A stretch of DNA of 63,878 bases, counting the filler, from Octopus bimaculoides (lineage: Eukaryota): NCBI RefSeq assembly GCF_001194135.2. It is 8 parts of 8 records of this genome, joined end to end, with 100 filler letters (N's around TTAATTAATTAA, not from the genome) between each part and the next. Parts side by side here need not be neighbours in the genome. Positions count along the whole stretch, not along the records: positions 50,381 to 56,757 come from NC_068988.1; positions 56,858 to 62,190 come from NC_068981.1; positions 62,291 to 63,878 come from NC_068992.1; 5 more parts are not named here. One strand, 5' to 3'. The translations under genes were made by a program, and so were the position numbers. Shown here piece by piece: positions 51,485 through 63,878 of the stretch. The notes beneath the pieces are model-generated. The model was not told the origin of the DNA. It made no database searches and worked only from the letters and a program-made list of their open reading frames with translations. The stretch's first letter is position 1, and each line of letters starts with the position of its first letter.

Positions 51485-52204
51485 GTATGCATGTGTGTAT
51501 GCATGCATGTATGAAAAATAGGTAATGTGTGTGTGTGTATGCGTGTGTGTGTGTGTGTTTGTGTGTGTCTGTGTGTGTGTGTGTGAGCGAGAGAGAGAGA
51601 GAGAGAGAAAGCGAGCATGAATGACAGTAAAATTGAAAGAGAGCGCGTTAGTCAATTATATTTTATGTCTTAATCAATATGATGTTATTATTCGGCTGAT
51701 CTGTTTCTTTCTACAATCCTTATTGCTATCCTTCCTCAGTTTCATTGCATTCCTTCTCCTCCGCTTTTTCGTATCCACCTCCCCCCTCCTCCTCATCATC
51801 AGTATAATCATCGTAATCTTCATCATTACCCACCCCCTCTTCCTCCTACTGCCCTGTCTTCTCTTCTGTATTTCTTGTTGCTGGCGTTATCGTTATGAGG
51901 TTTCCATCTATTAATTTTGATTTACATTTCTTGCTGAGTGTCTTCCCAACGCATAGGGTACAGAAACCCTATGTGTATATTGATAGGCAATCAAACTAAA
52001 GATACTAGATTGTTTATTATCAAAATGAAACGAATTTATGTAACAATTATAAAAAAAAAGAAGTACAATGCTTAGGTAGTAGTCGTTCTGCCATCGACAT
52101 TGGTCTTCTCAATACACATGACGTATCGGTTAATCTTTTACAATTCTTGCGTGAATGGTAAGCCAGCGGTCATTCTCATATAATTTTCACTTCCTTTTTT
52201 ATTA

Positions 52205-53085
52205 ATCCTACTGCTCTTTTTGCTGAGATATTATGATCATAAGAAATAGTCATGTCGATCAATAAACAAACTTTATTGTTGTGGTTTTCATAACAATATC
52301 CGGTTTGTTAGCTTTGATGATTCTGTGAGAATGTACTGGCAAATCCCAAAGAATCTTTACATTTCCTCCATTAGTTATAACTTCAGGACAGTAATTAAAC
52401 CATTTGTCGGTAGTTTTGATTTTATAATGCCAACATATTAACCAGTGTATATATTGACCAACTGTGTCACATCCGGATTTATTATCCGCTGGTGCTAAGA
52501 TTAGGTAGTCCACTCTTTCAGCCTTGTCACTGGCGAATTAGCACATTGGATCTACTCCATTTTTCATTACATTGGCTTGGTGGTTCCAGGTCTATAAGAT
52601 TTGATCTTGAGTAGCTAAGATGAAACCTTCACTCTCTGCCTTTAGCTCTAAGCTCCGTAGCAACAGATATATGTGCTTCTGGTCCACAACAGCTTGTTTG
52701 TTACGGACCACATATTTGCCTTGCAGAGGCTTCTACTCCTACCTATCAGCTACCTGTGCGCTTTTTTCATTTGCCATTAACTTTACCTTCTTTGCAAGAA
52801 TAGTATCTGCACTTCCCTCGGGTTGTTTAGCATGGATATCATGCAAGAGATCAATAGCAAACTTGTTGCTCTTCTTTATAAGTGAATGAAGCTTCTAACG
52901 CCTTTCGTAATTTTTAAAGTGCTTTAGCATGCAATCGTTTGTTGTTTCAAAGTGTTTTGCCAGTCCAATTGCGGAGGTTTTGTAAGAGATTTCAAACTGG
53001 ATGAGGCCTCCATCTCCTTCGGCTCTGGGGAGGTAAAGACGATCACGTTGTCCTTCGAGCGGTGATTACGATACCAAACTACGCC
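52205..53085 (-). mobile_element. Decayed R4/Dong-like LINE 3' region (RT thumb to RLE)
   Basis: DRLYLPRAEGDGGLIQFEISYK, LKAESEGFILATQDQ, YIHWLICWHY and KILWDLPVHSHRIIKANKPDIV, CLLIDMTI motifs in broken frames. Confidence 0.88.
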
Positions 53086-53436
53086 GAAATCATTTGGAAC
53101 AATAGTTGAAGAAATTAAAAAGTGGCAGCCAATCAGAAAAGATCGAGTTGAGCTTCAAATACGGCTAACCCGAAGAGGAACTTACAAAGATTTCCGAGCT
53201 CTATCATCTTAAAATTGAGGAGCCCGTAAGACTTCTAGTAGAAGGAAGGCTGTCTAAGTGTTACTCACATGGTGTCACAGTACACCAGAGATGCTCCGTC
53301 CCCGTTCATAAACAACAAAACCTCATTTACTGCCCATTCCAGAGAAAAATATCATCAAAGCCAGCACGAACATCAAGAACATCAGGAAAGAGCATACACA
53401 CAGACACAGACACAGACACAGACACACACACACACA

Positions 53437-53477
<41 letters not shown>

Positions 53478-53794
53478 ACACACACACAAACTAGCCTCCC
53501 ATATACCCCTGCTGAATGATCCTCAGTTAACGAAACGAAAACGATAGAATCCAGAAAGAGGCAAATGGTCACCAGAAAGGCGCCGGTGGTTTCTCTTCAT
53601 AAGACACCCATTTCCACAGCTCACCTCTTTCAAGGTACGGCAATCCTGGTTAAGAAAAGACCAAAATTAGGCACCTGCCATCTGAAATGTCGCAATGGCG
53701 CTCATTGCTCTTTACCCGTCAGGTAATATGGTCGGTGGAAATTCTACAGTTAGAATATATATAAATATCTAGATGTGGGTGTGAGCAATGACGT

Positions 53795-54260
53795 ACTCGG
53801 AGCAACTCTAGGTGTCAACGAAGGTGAACCAGCTGGTCTGTTTCCGTTGGAACTTCAGGCCCGGTTCTGCTACCATGGATAACTTCCAGAGGTCTCTGGC
53901 CTGGCAGGGCTATCAAAAGCACTGATTGTTCGAGATAAACTCCGCAGGTACGCAAGCACTGTCAGGTGAGACTTTGCGAGATATGCGGAGATCGACGAGT
54001 CTCTTCTACGTGTACTGATTCTTTCTGAATGGTGGAATTATGTCGAACAGCTATTATGACATATGAGTCAAATCCGATTATCGGCCGAATCCATCGTGAG
54101 GATCGCCCACCACCCATCTTAACAAGGCAAGGCAGGCTGTGTTCTTCTGTCAAGTGGAAAAAGAGGTTGTGCGGTGGACGAAGCTGAAAGGATTGGAAAG
54201 AGTCAAGCTATCATCCACTTTTTAAGGTTCCACCAGGAAAGTAAATTCAGGTAGAAGAGA
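53795..54260 (+). mobile_element. Probable Tx1/L1-like LINE ORF2 C-terminal remnant
   Basis: MDNFQRSLAWQ, LIVRDKL, WNYVEQLL, RLSAESIVRI and KEVVRWTKLKGL in broken frames resemble the post-RT region of Tx1-like elements (recalled). Confidence 0.55.
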
Positions 54261-54636
54261 CAACTGCTAACTCTCAGTGAATTTATGAAAAGATGGTTGT
54301 GACAAAAATAATTATAGTGAATGGCCCAGCTCTATTTATGCATTTGTAGACTGGGGAACAAGAGAAAGAGCTCGTACATTTGGTGGTTAATGTAATCGTG
54401 GATCTGAGCAGTTCTTTCATTGGCTTTCGATGGGGTTCTCTTGTCTCAGGACTGCAGTATTTATGTTATCACGCACATTGCATACTCTGTATACATTTAT
54501 CGCATTTCACCGCCTTTCCCGTTACTTTCTCCTCATGCTTCATCTAAATCCACGCAGAAAGTGTTTACTGTCCTTGTAATGTACTTCACATCTATTCCCC
54601 AGGGGGCGAATAAAGGAAATCATTAATCAAGGTGAC

Positions 54637-54637
<1 letters not shown>

Positions 54638-54730
<93 letters not shown>

Positions 54731-54855
54731 TGCTCATTTTAATGGCCTACCAATGTATATAATGTGTTTCTCTGCCCTAGTTGTCAGGAAGACACTCGGT
54801 AAGAAGCAGAAACACAATTGAAAGAAACTGATAATAATAATAATAATAATAATAA

Positions 54856-54886
<31 letters not shown>

Positions 54887-55012
54887 AAGAAGAAGAAGAA
54901 GAAGAAGAAGAAGAAGAAGAAGAAGAAAAAGAAAAAGAAAAAGAAAAAGAAAAAGAAAAAGAAATAGAAAAAGAAGAAGAAGAAGAAGAAGAAGAAGAAG
55001 AAGAAGAAGAAG

Positions 55013-55042
<30 letters not shown>
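54638..55042. repeat. (AAT)n tracts plus (GAA)n-(GAAAAA)n-(GAA)n polypurine tract
   Basis: AAT run about 54638-54728; purine tract 54857-55042 with a single T at 54965. Confidence 0.95.
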
Positions 55043-55043
<1 letters not shown>

Positions 55044-55278
55044 GTCATAAGTAAGTCACCTCGGGCGTACGATTTATCATGATTTATAAGAAATATGATA
55101 TATTAATTCTGCTTCCATTTATATAAAAAGATGACAGTTTCTTGATGGGTGGGCTGAATGCTTATGTCTTCGAATATATTTCTTTGAATAATTAATAAGT
55201 TTGGCGTTTTTCTTTCGCCATTCTACGATCTAAAGTGCACAATATGTGTGAATGTACGCCTGTCAGTATATGATCTAA

Positions 55279-55330
<52 letters not shown>

Positions 55331-55346
55331 NNNNNNNNNNTCTCTC

Positions 55347-55391
<45 letters not shown>

Positions 55392-55961
55392 CATCATAGT
55401 TTAGAAATTTACACATGCACACATACACATACACACGCTGGCACACACAGATATTGAGTAACTTTACATTAAGGAGTGAAACTTGCAATTTCCTGTGGTT
55501 TCCTAATGGTCCCGGCAGAAAAAAATGGAAAAGGCGTTATTCAGGAGGATGGTGAGAGAGATGCATTGGAACAGCCACTGTGACTCAATGGGCTCTGTCC
55601 GAATAGTGATCAGCAGGAATATGGCCCATTAACCGAAAACCGCGGAGGACTCCACTGTAACCGGCTCGACCATAAACCTGTCAGCAGGTTTTACTTGATG
55701 AATGGTTCACAATGATTCCTAACGAGCGTTCAGATATTGTACCAGTAAAATTTTCGACCTGCTGAAGGTGCGGTTGATGCCAAATTTGGACTAACGCCCA
55801 AATTACTACAATTTAACAACATGTTTCCAGTGCCTGCGCAAACCCCTATACATACAAACATACATATATACATACGTAAGTACGTGCGTCTGAGTAATGT
55901 GCATGTGTATGTGTGAGAGTGTATGTGTGTGTGAATGTGTGAGTATGCACATATCAGTGCA

Positions 55962-56205
55962 GGCGTGGGTGTCTGATAAGAAGTTTGTTTCCCAGTCACA
56001 TGGTTCTGTGTTCAGTCCCAATACATGGCACTGTGGGAAACTGTCCTCTGTTTTAGCCTCGGGTCTACCAGAAACGTATAAATCGATTTAATATGAGTGT
56101 GCGCATCGTTATATCTCGTATCAGCGGTTGACTACCGGTGTTTCATTCTTTACATTCCCATGACATAGCAGTTCAGCAAATTAAACCGACAGGATAAGTA
56201 CCAGG
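55962..56205 (+). mobile_element. SINE family A, degenerate
   Basis: cagtcacatggttctgtgttcagtccc..gcggttgactaccggtg..gataagtaccagg. Confidence 0.7.
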
Positions 56206-56234
56206 TATAAAAAGCCAAATGAAATTCTGTAGTC

Positions 56235-56426
56235 TATTCAGTTTTATATTTAAGAGATGAGGAATTATTACATTATTTACATTATATACATTTGACGGAT
56301 ATTTGTCCTCATCTTGTTTGTTGTTAACACGACGTTTCAGTTGATATATTCTCCAGCCTTCATCATGTGTCTTGAGGAAATTTCCAAACTGGATTCTCAT
56401 TCCTAAGGTATTTTTCGGTGTTGTCG

Positions 56427-56428
<2 letters not shown>
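56235..56428 (-). mobile_element. HHR module of the Penelope-associated cassette, third copy
   Basis: Minus strand gaaaaataccttaggaatgagaatccag..gacac ATGATGA a ggctg gagaatatat caact GAAAC GTC gtgtt aacaacaaacaagatgaggac; HHR at 56326-56371. Confidence 0.8.
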
Positions 56429-56502
<74 letters not shown>

Positions 56503-56515
56503 CATTATTATTATT

Positions 56516-56757
56516 GTTCAGTAGTCTTATTTTTATAACGTGCTTTCACTTCACTACCGAGCGCAGCTCTGTGCGCCTTGGGTATGTGCTGTGGTTTGCT
56601 GTGGTGCTCTTATGTTTACTGTATTGAAAGTGTTGTGCGTAGAATGTGTGCAGTACCCAGTAGTGCAATTTTCTGTATGTTATATATATTTGTAAGTCCT
56701 GCTGTTTTTGTTATGTATTTGTCTGAATATTTTTTTATTATACCTAAGGCACCTACT
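56516..56757 (-). mobile_element. 3' end of an R4/Dong-like LINE with intact reading frame, ending in (AAT)n
   Basis: VGALGIIKKYSDKYITKTAGLTNIYNIQKIALLGTAHILRTTLSIQ* (56756-56616), about 100-nt 3' UTR, then (AAT)n 56430-56515; the 5' side runs into a gap. Confidence 0.85.
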
Positions 56758-57156
56758 NNNNNNNNNNNNNNNNNNNNNNNNNNNNNNNNNNNNNNNNNNN
56801 NTTAATTAATTAANNNNNNNNNNNNNNNNNNNNNNNNNNNNNNNNNNNNNNNNNNNNGGAAAACACAACGAAAGACAAGAAAGCATGTAAATTCACTCAT
56901 CATCCATGGAAACCTAGATTTGAAGCGCTGTTTCGGCGCCTTGAATGTCCAAACACTTCAAATTCCATGGTGCTGTTCTTCTGGTAACGCCAGGGATACA
57001 AGGAATATTACTGAAGTAATGGACAAACAAGGACAAAATGAGGACACTAAAATACGCAAAATTACGGATAGAAAATGCAGTAAAAGAATATGCACATACA
57101 CACACACACACATACGCCTGTATACATACATACATACATACACACAAACACACACA

Positions 57157-57219
<63 letters not shown>

Positions 57220-57817
57220 GGACACATTTGTGCCGGAATAAGGATAATCGCTTAAATTTACACACACGCTCTCATAAAAGAAACAAATGAGTAGGTATAT
57301 ACACACTCATACATGTACACACAAGCATATGCATATTACAGAATGTGCATTTATGTATATGTGTGTGCGTGTGTGTGTGTGTGTGTGTGCGTGTACGTAG
57401 GTATTATTTACTTGAGCAATCTGAGACTGGCATGGTAAAGAAATGAAGCCGTAAGTCTACTTATTATAAGAACTAGGTTTGAATTCCTGAAATTAAACTT
57501 ATTGGTTATTCACGTTCAAAATCGAATTACTTACAGAAGAGAAGCAGCGATTCCATTAGAGATTGCGTCAATTCTGCTCTACAGAATGAAGTCTCTTAAA
57601 TTCACGTCTGCTGTCAATCATATAAGAAATCAGTGACATATTCTAAGTTGCTATCGTATGTTGCTATCGTCTTACTTGAATAACGCAGGATTTATCAACA
57701 TTATTACTCTACATTTATCTGACACTTTTATCTTAGTATTTTGTTGTTATTACTTTGTTTTGGTTTAATTTTGTTTTGGACATTTTATTTACTATTTGTG
57801 TGCGTGTGTGTGTGTGT

Positions 57818-57856
<39 letters not shown>

Positions 57857-58294
57857 CTGTTTTGTTGCTTGCTTTTTATAAGATGGCTTTAATTTGGTCG
57901 TTGTTATTGTTGTTGGTATGAGGATGATGAAGATGTAATGGACGATAATACTTTTAGCCGCTTTTATTGTTATTGTTGTTATTGTTGCCATTAATGATGA
58001 TGCAATAGTCTTTGACTTGGTTACTCTTGTTATTGCTGTTCATTATGACGATGTTGTAATAGAAAGCTTTGGCTTTTTTACGTTGTTTCGGTTGTTGCTG
58101 ATATTGCCGTGATGGCAGTTGCTATGGTTTAAGTCCAGTTCATGTCTAAACGAATAGTTTCATGATCAAAAACATTCTCGCTCTGACAATGGCGTCCGAA
58201 AAATAAAAAAAAATTCAGACACAGAATATTTAGGTGCGCATTATCCAGTTTCTTACTTCAAGACATTAAGGTGTAAAATAAAGTGTCTTCTCGA

Positions 58295-58527
58295 ATCCCA
58301 GAAGTTGGTTACACGGTTTCCATGTCGTGTAAGGGAACTAAGATCTCAACTAACCATCCACCATTGAACAGAACACCAGTCGTCACAGGGTTACTCGTTT
58401 TACAGCTAGGTGGACTGGAGCAGCTTGAAATAAAGGCTTTTGCTCAAGAACACAACGCATCACCCGGTCCGACAATTGAAACCACGATCTTGCGATGGTG
58501 AGTGCAACATCCTAAACACAATGCCAC
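58295..58527 (-). mobile_element. SINE family C variant
   Basis: tttgctcaagaacacaacgcatcacccggtccgacaattgaaaccacgatc..ctaaacacaatgccacg. Confidence 0.75.
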
Positions 58528-58914
58528 GGAAAGGAGATAAGAAAAAACCTCACTTCTGTTTTAGCATGTCAAGCAATCATGATAAAGTAATTACTTGATT
58601 CGTTATCGTTATTGCTGTTGTACATGTTCATTTTTATACTAATTTTTTCTTGAGGTTGTTCTTGTGATTCTTGCTGTTGTTTGATATCAGCTCAGCTGTA
58701 ATTGAGCAGATTTATAACGAAAGACATTCCAGGGTTGATTATTCCGTTTTTATTTCAACAAGTTTTAGATAGGGAATAATTTGAGTCTGATTTGGCTATT
58801 TCTCTAGCTGAACCAGTGACAAAACAACGCTTTGCAAAGCTGTTACAATGCCTTTTTGCATTGTTTTAGTCTTCAAATGGCGCTACTTCGCTGGCTAGGG
58901 GAGCTAGCCATTAG

Positions 58915-59048
58915 TTCAACCCGACTGGGCTCTGGAGCAATGTGAAATGAAGTGTTTTTTTTTTGCCAAGAACACAACGTGCCGCTCAGTCACAGAATCG
59001 AACCCACAATCTAGCAATTGTGAGTCCAATAGCCTAACCACTAGGCCA
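58915..59048 (-). mobile_element. SINE family C head
   Basis: ctggagcaatgtgaaatgaagtg..gaatcgaaccc..ctaaccactaggcca. Confidence 0.75.
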
Positions 59049-59086
59049 GACACAGACACACACACACAGACACACACACAGACACA

Positions 59087-59131
<45 letters not shown>

Positions 59132-59480
59132 ATGTGCGCTCGCGTGCAGACACATACACATACATGCACCACGGTTGAACGAGCCGTTACAATTAAACTC
59201 TGGCCCAACCAACTGAGAATTAATCATGAAATTTTTCTGTTCCTGGTTTACAGCTTAGAGTTCTGTAGAGTTCTGCCACCATCATTAAATGTATTCCTGC
59301 TTGTGCAACTTCATCAATGATATCAATAGTTACACATACACACATATGTATACATGCTACATTAAATATAAACAAGTATAGTTTTGTTACATAATATAAA
59401 ATGTAAGTATATATCATATTTAATGTTACCAAGCTAGAGGTTTCAGTGCAACTAGTCAGAGAGTAAACATTTTCATAACA

Positions 59481-59523
<43 letters not shown>

Positions 59524-59870
59524 TATATATAATTTTATACTTTTATACTTCCATACTGTATACTATCGTATTAAGTTTTACTGTCCAATGTTTAAATTTG
59601 ACTTTTAAATTTAATAAATTAATATTTCTATGATTTATTTCTATGATTTATATGATTGATTTATGTTATATATTATTTCATTTAAATTTTAGATGTATTA
59701 TGATGGTATTTGTACGCGATTTTGGCTTAAACATTGGAAAGATTCATCAGAAGACAATGACCAAGCATGTGTAGAAAGTAGAATTATTTTATTCCTTATT
59801 CATTCATTTTGTAAGAATCAAACATTTTCAGTCTCGAAGGCAATATAATTTCATGAATGTGCATGCAGAT

Positions 59871-59960
59871 CAGTGGTTCTCAACCAAGGTCCATATAATA
59901 TTTTGGGGGTCCACCAGAGCAAAATAGTAATCAAAGTGGTCCATAGTTAAAAAAATTATT
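59871..59960 (+). mobile_element. hAT/Charlie-like MITE remnant
   Basis: cagtggttctcaacc terminus; a matching right-end motif ttgagaaccattg occurs separately at 12002-12014. Confidence 0.45.
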
Positions 59961-60675
59961 GAAAAATATCTATATAGAAGTAAAAGTATATAACGATCTT
60001 AATGCGGTTGGATGGAATTTAGTTCGAGAGAAGCGTTATCTCGGACAGTGCTTGAATAGTGTCATAAATAAATGAAATTGCATCAACCCATGATTACTGT
60101 TTGAAATATATGAGTTCGTCATATTGTAATGTAATATACATATTTCTATATCTCTATAGCTGTATGTATGTATGTATGTATGTATGTATGCATGTAGGCA
60201 TGTATGGATGTATGCAGGTGGCTGCGGAGGTCATGGAGGAAAATTATTTTTAAAGGGTGAGGGATTCCTTTACCAAGGATGAATACAATTACCTCTTATG
60301 GGGCCCCGGCTTGCGACTGCAGGCTTGGCTGATGGCGACAAGAGACTTAATCGGGGAGGTAGAGTAAGAGGTCTTAGTGCCTCGATTCGAACTTGGTGAT
60401 TTTGGTAAGAGGCTTAGCGCCTCAAGTTGAATATATTTGCTGAACTTTTTTTATTGGTAAGAGGCTCAGCAGCTCAATTTGTAACTGTTGTAAGAAGTTC
60501 AACACCTCATTTGTGTCTTTAAAAAAGAACAATGTTATCGGGAAGTAACAATCGGCGGGCGTTGGCTGCTTCCCCCACCAGCCATCTCTTTTTTCATTCC
60601 ATCATTATTGTGTCTGAGTCCAATCCGCAAGCTTCCATCTGTATTATGCCTTTATGGCAAATGTAATGAAATAAA

Positions 60676-60814
60676 GACGCTTGCTTCCCAACCACATGGT
60701 TCCGGGTTCAGTCCCACTGCGTGGCACCTTGGGCAAATGTTTTCTATTATAGCCTAGGTCCGGCCAAAGCCTTGTGAGTAGGATTTGGTAGACGGAAGCT
60801 GAAAGAAGCCTGTC

Positions 60815-60860
<46 letters not shown>

Positions 60861-61015
60861 NNNNNNNNNNNNNNNNNNNNNNNNNNNNNNNNNNNNNNNN
60901 NNNNNNNNNNNNNNNNNNNNNNNNNNNNNNNNNNNNNNNNNNNNCCTGGGGTAGAATTGTTCAACTAAAGGTGGTGCTCCAGCATGGCCATAGTCAAATG
61001 ATAAACAATTAAAAG
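60676..61015 (+). mobile_element. SINE family A spanning a gap
   Basis: gcttgcttcccaaccacatggttccgggttcagtcccactgcgtggcacc..ggtgctccagcatggccatagtcaaatg. Confidence 0.88.
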
Positions 61016-61848
61016 AAAATAAGATTGATTTTAACATTGAAATGTTAGAAGGATCCATCCGAGTAAAATACGAATCAAATGGATCCATTGACGAAAAATG
61101 ACTGAGAAACACTGTTTTAAAACCAAAATTTACAACCGACAACCACAGTAATACGATTTTGATCTAGTTTGGATTCTTTCATGTCTGGAGCTCTAAATCC
61201 CCCCCCCCCCCATTGTCCCTCAGTTGTTCTGTTTATACATCACTCTATATCAAAAATGAATCATCTGTGGGTTTTGCAGTTTGTGTACGAGGAAAATAGC
61301 ATAACATATCTCAGAATATATGAATTAATAATTAGTTGTGTATAAAGCAATATGTCTAACTATCAAAGATAGATAGCTTTCTCTAATATTCTTTATTTCT
61401 CTTTTGTGCTGTTACAACACAGTAGGCAGTCACGGAAAGTTGCAACAGAATATCAGTTTGTCTTGGAGATGAGGTTGCTATTACTTTGCTCAATCCTCAC
61501 CCGCCACCTTTTCTAAAGAAAGAAACATTGAGAGTGATCTCACACGCCCCTTCTCACAGCGTAACAACCGATTACAAAAGAGCGAGGAAGAAAATCAGAG
61601 AGAAAACTCGACTAGCAAACGTAAGCGACGCAAAATTCACCGACCAAAGAAGGATGAAAGGACAAAGCTGACCTTAACAGAGATATGAACTCAGAGTTGG
61701 TACAAATACTACAAATCATTTGCTCTACCGACTCTCCCAGTTCGGCGCCCATTTCCGAGCATAAAACTAATTAATTTAAGTATTTCTAGTATAGAACTAC
61801 GTAATTCATATATACCTGAATGCTTTTACGCGATGATCCTAAATAATG

Positions 61849-61927
<79 letters not shown>

Positions 61928-63073
61928 TTCTATCTGTCTGCCTCTCTGTTTGTCTAGCTATCTATTTATCTATCTCCCCACTCTCTCCACACACACAGAG
62001 ATTTGTATATGGATTTTTTAGATTTTTAAATTAGTATTTTGTATAGTACGCTTTTCTTGATGGTGTCTGATTTCCTTCATCGTTTGAATTGCACTGTGGT
62101 GGTTTTTCTCTAAATTATTAATATATTTTTCATTAAATAATTCAATTTGATATTATTAAATTGTATATCTTTGTAATTTCGGAGTTACCTNNNNNNNNNN
62201 NNNNNNNNNNNNNNNNNNNNNNNNNNNNNNNNNNTTAATTAATTAANNNNNNNNNNNNNNNNNNNNNNNNNNNNNNNNNNNNNNNNNNNNGTCGGCGTTT
62301 CCGCCACTTTACAAGCAGTTTATAACATAAAATTCCACACAAGTTTGTACAAGAAAAATGGTAAAGATGGTTGTAACTTAGTCTGCGAGGCAATCATAGA
62401 GATCTTACCATTCTGAGAAGGGCTTACAATGAACAACAAGTTCCTCAACTTCACAACCCTGACAAGGCACGCAAACGTCTTTGGCACAGCCCCTCATTTT
62501 ATGATTTAATTAATTACATATTTTTTTTTTTAAATTGCAAAAGAATGTTCAAAATTTTATTCTGTGTCTTTCGAACACAGGTATGCGAAATAGCGAAGAA
62601 CATTTCCTAAAACGTCTTGCGTTAGCTGTCTAACTATTAGCGGAATCTTTCTATTGCTGCAACTCTGAGAAAATAGAGATTCCAGGCGAGAGAGATTGTT
62701 CTGTTATCTTGGCGTAACCACATCACTGACGTCATAAGCTTGATAACCCCTTCAACGGGAATTTACCAAATATATGTTTCGGCAAGCGCGCGCACACACA
62801 CACAGAGACACGCATACACACACACAAGTATATATAAATATAATATATATAAATATACATAAACATACTATATATAAATATATATATTACATATAGATGT
62901 AAATATATATGTATATATATACCTATATGTGTGTGTGTGTAAGTATTCATATATACGTACATGCATATGCGTTTTGAGATCGGTATTGGTTGGAGAATAT
63001 GGTATCAGTTTCTCACATAATTAGTATGCCTCGTATCAGGTGTATGTGCATGTGAATGTGTGTGTGTGTATGT

Positions 63074-63112
<39 letters not shown>

Positions 63113-63192
63113 CGTTTGTGTATGTATGCCTGCGAAAGCGACTATCCGTGTGAAAATATATTCGATTGCATGTATCCATGAATGTATGCATA

Positions 63193-63244
<52 letters not shown>

Positions 63245-63654
63245 ATACAGACACACACATATATGTATGTGTGAGTGCGTGTGTGTGTGAACGAAAAAGA
63301 GTCCGGGTGGGTGGGGAAACCAGACAGACATACTTTGGTGAATAGCTTTCTCACCAGAAAAAAAAAATTACTACATAATTCTTTATAGTTTGTCTGAAGT
63401 GAATGACCTCTTACATGTGTCTACGAAATAATTCATTTAACTTTGAGATTTACCAACAAACCTACTGACATTCATTTAGGCATGCATACAAACCCACACT
63501 CAAACTTACCGAGACACACAGACCTTCAGACATCTTCACTCCATGACCTTCATATACATACACAATACTACTGGCACCCAATCGAACCTAAAAACACACA
63601 CTGAAACCTACAGAAACATTAGAATATATTGTCACACGCATCAACATACTGACA

Positions 63655-63878
63655 CACACTCAAACCTATTGAGAGATATACACAAACCTACTGATTCACA
63701 CTCAAACCAACTGACACACACTTAACGCCCCTGGCACACACTCAAACCTATTGAGAGTGATACACAAACCTACTGATTCACACTCAAACCAACTGACACA
63801 CACTTAACGCCACTGACACACACTCAAACCTATTGAGAGTAATACACAAACCTACTGATTCACACTCAAACCAACTGA
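63655..63878. repeat. 82-bp minisatellite running off the window end; degenerate units from about 63460
   Basis: caaacctattgagag recurs at 63661, 63743 and 63825. Confidence 0.9.

Noticed and set aside
56880-57050. Possible RTE endonuclease start (FGALNVQTL)
   Set aside because: Single weak motif only.
60364-60508. CRISPR-like repeat-spacer look
   Set aside because: Eukaryotic context, imperfect repeats, irregular spacer lengths, no cas genes.
61486-61671. Basic 61-aa ORF
   Set aside because: No recognisable motif, splice signals or start context.

Overview
AT-rich, gap-ridden eukaryotic scaffold window that is almost entirely intronic or intergenic. The repeat families and microsatellite load look like a coleoid cephalopod, probably Octopus (inference from recalled repeat sequences). 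Only two host-gene exons are recognisable, both on the + strand: an internal 315-nt exon of a Fat-like (FAT1/kugelei-type) cadherin (14584-14898) and the terminal exon of a Tektin-2/B1-like gene (43319-43514). The rest is four tRNA- or RTE-related SINE families (about 30 copies), decayed LINEs (R4/Dong-like, Tx1-like, CR1-like), Penelope-like element (PLE) pieces, DNA-transposon remnants (Tc1, mariner, piggyBac-, hAT- and Ginger2-like), a 660-bp fold-back element, microsatellites and N gaps. The most interesting unlisted signal is a set of six hammerhead-ribozyme (HHR)-like cores in three sequence families. One family forms a tRNA-like Pol III head + (AAT)n + minimal HHR module. It is carried with a Penelope GIY-YIG fragment inside a 14-15 bp target-site duplication, recurs as a palindromic head-to-head copy, and at a third site has an R4/Dong LINE sitting in its AAT tract. 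Most ORFs in the supplied track are microsatellite or N-run artefacts. Repeat boundaries are approximate (roughly +/-10-20 bp); all alignments were done by eye.
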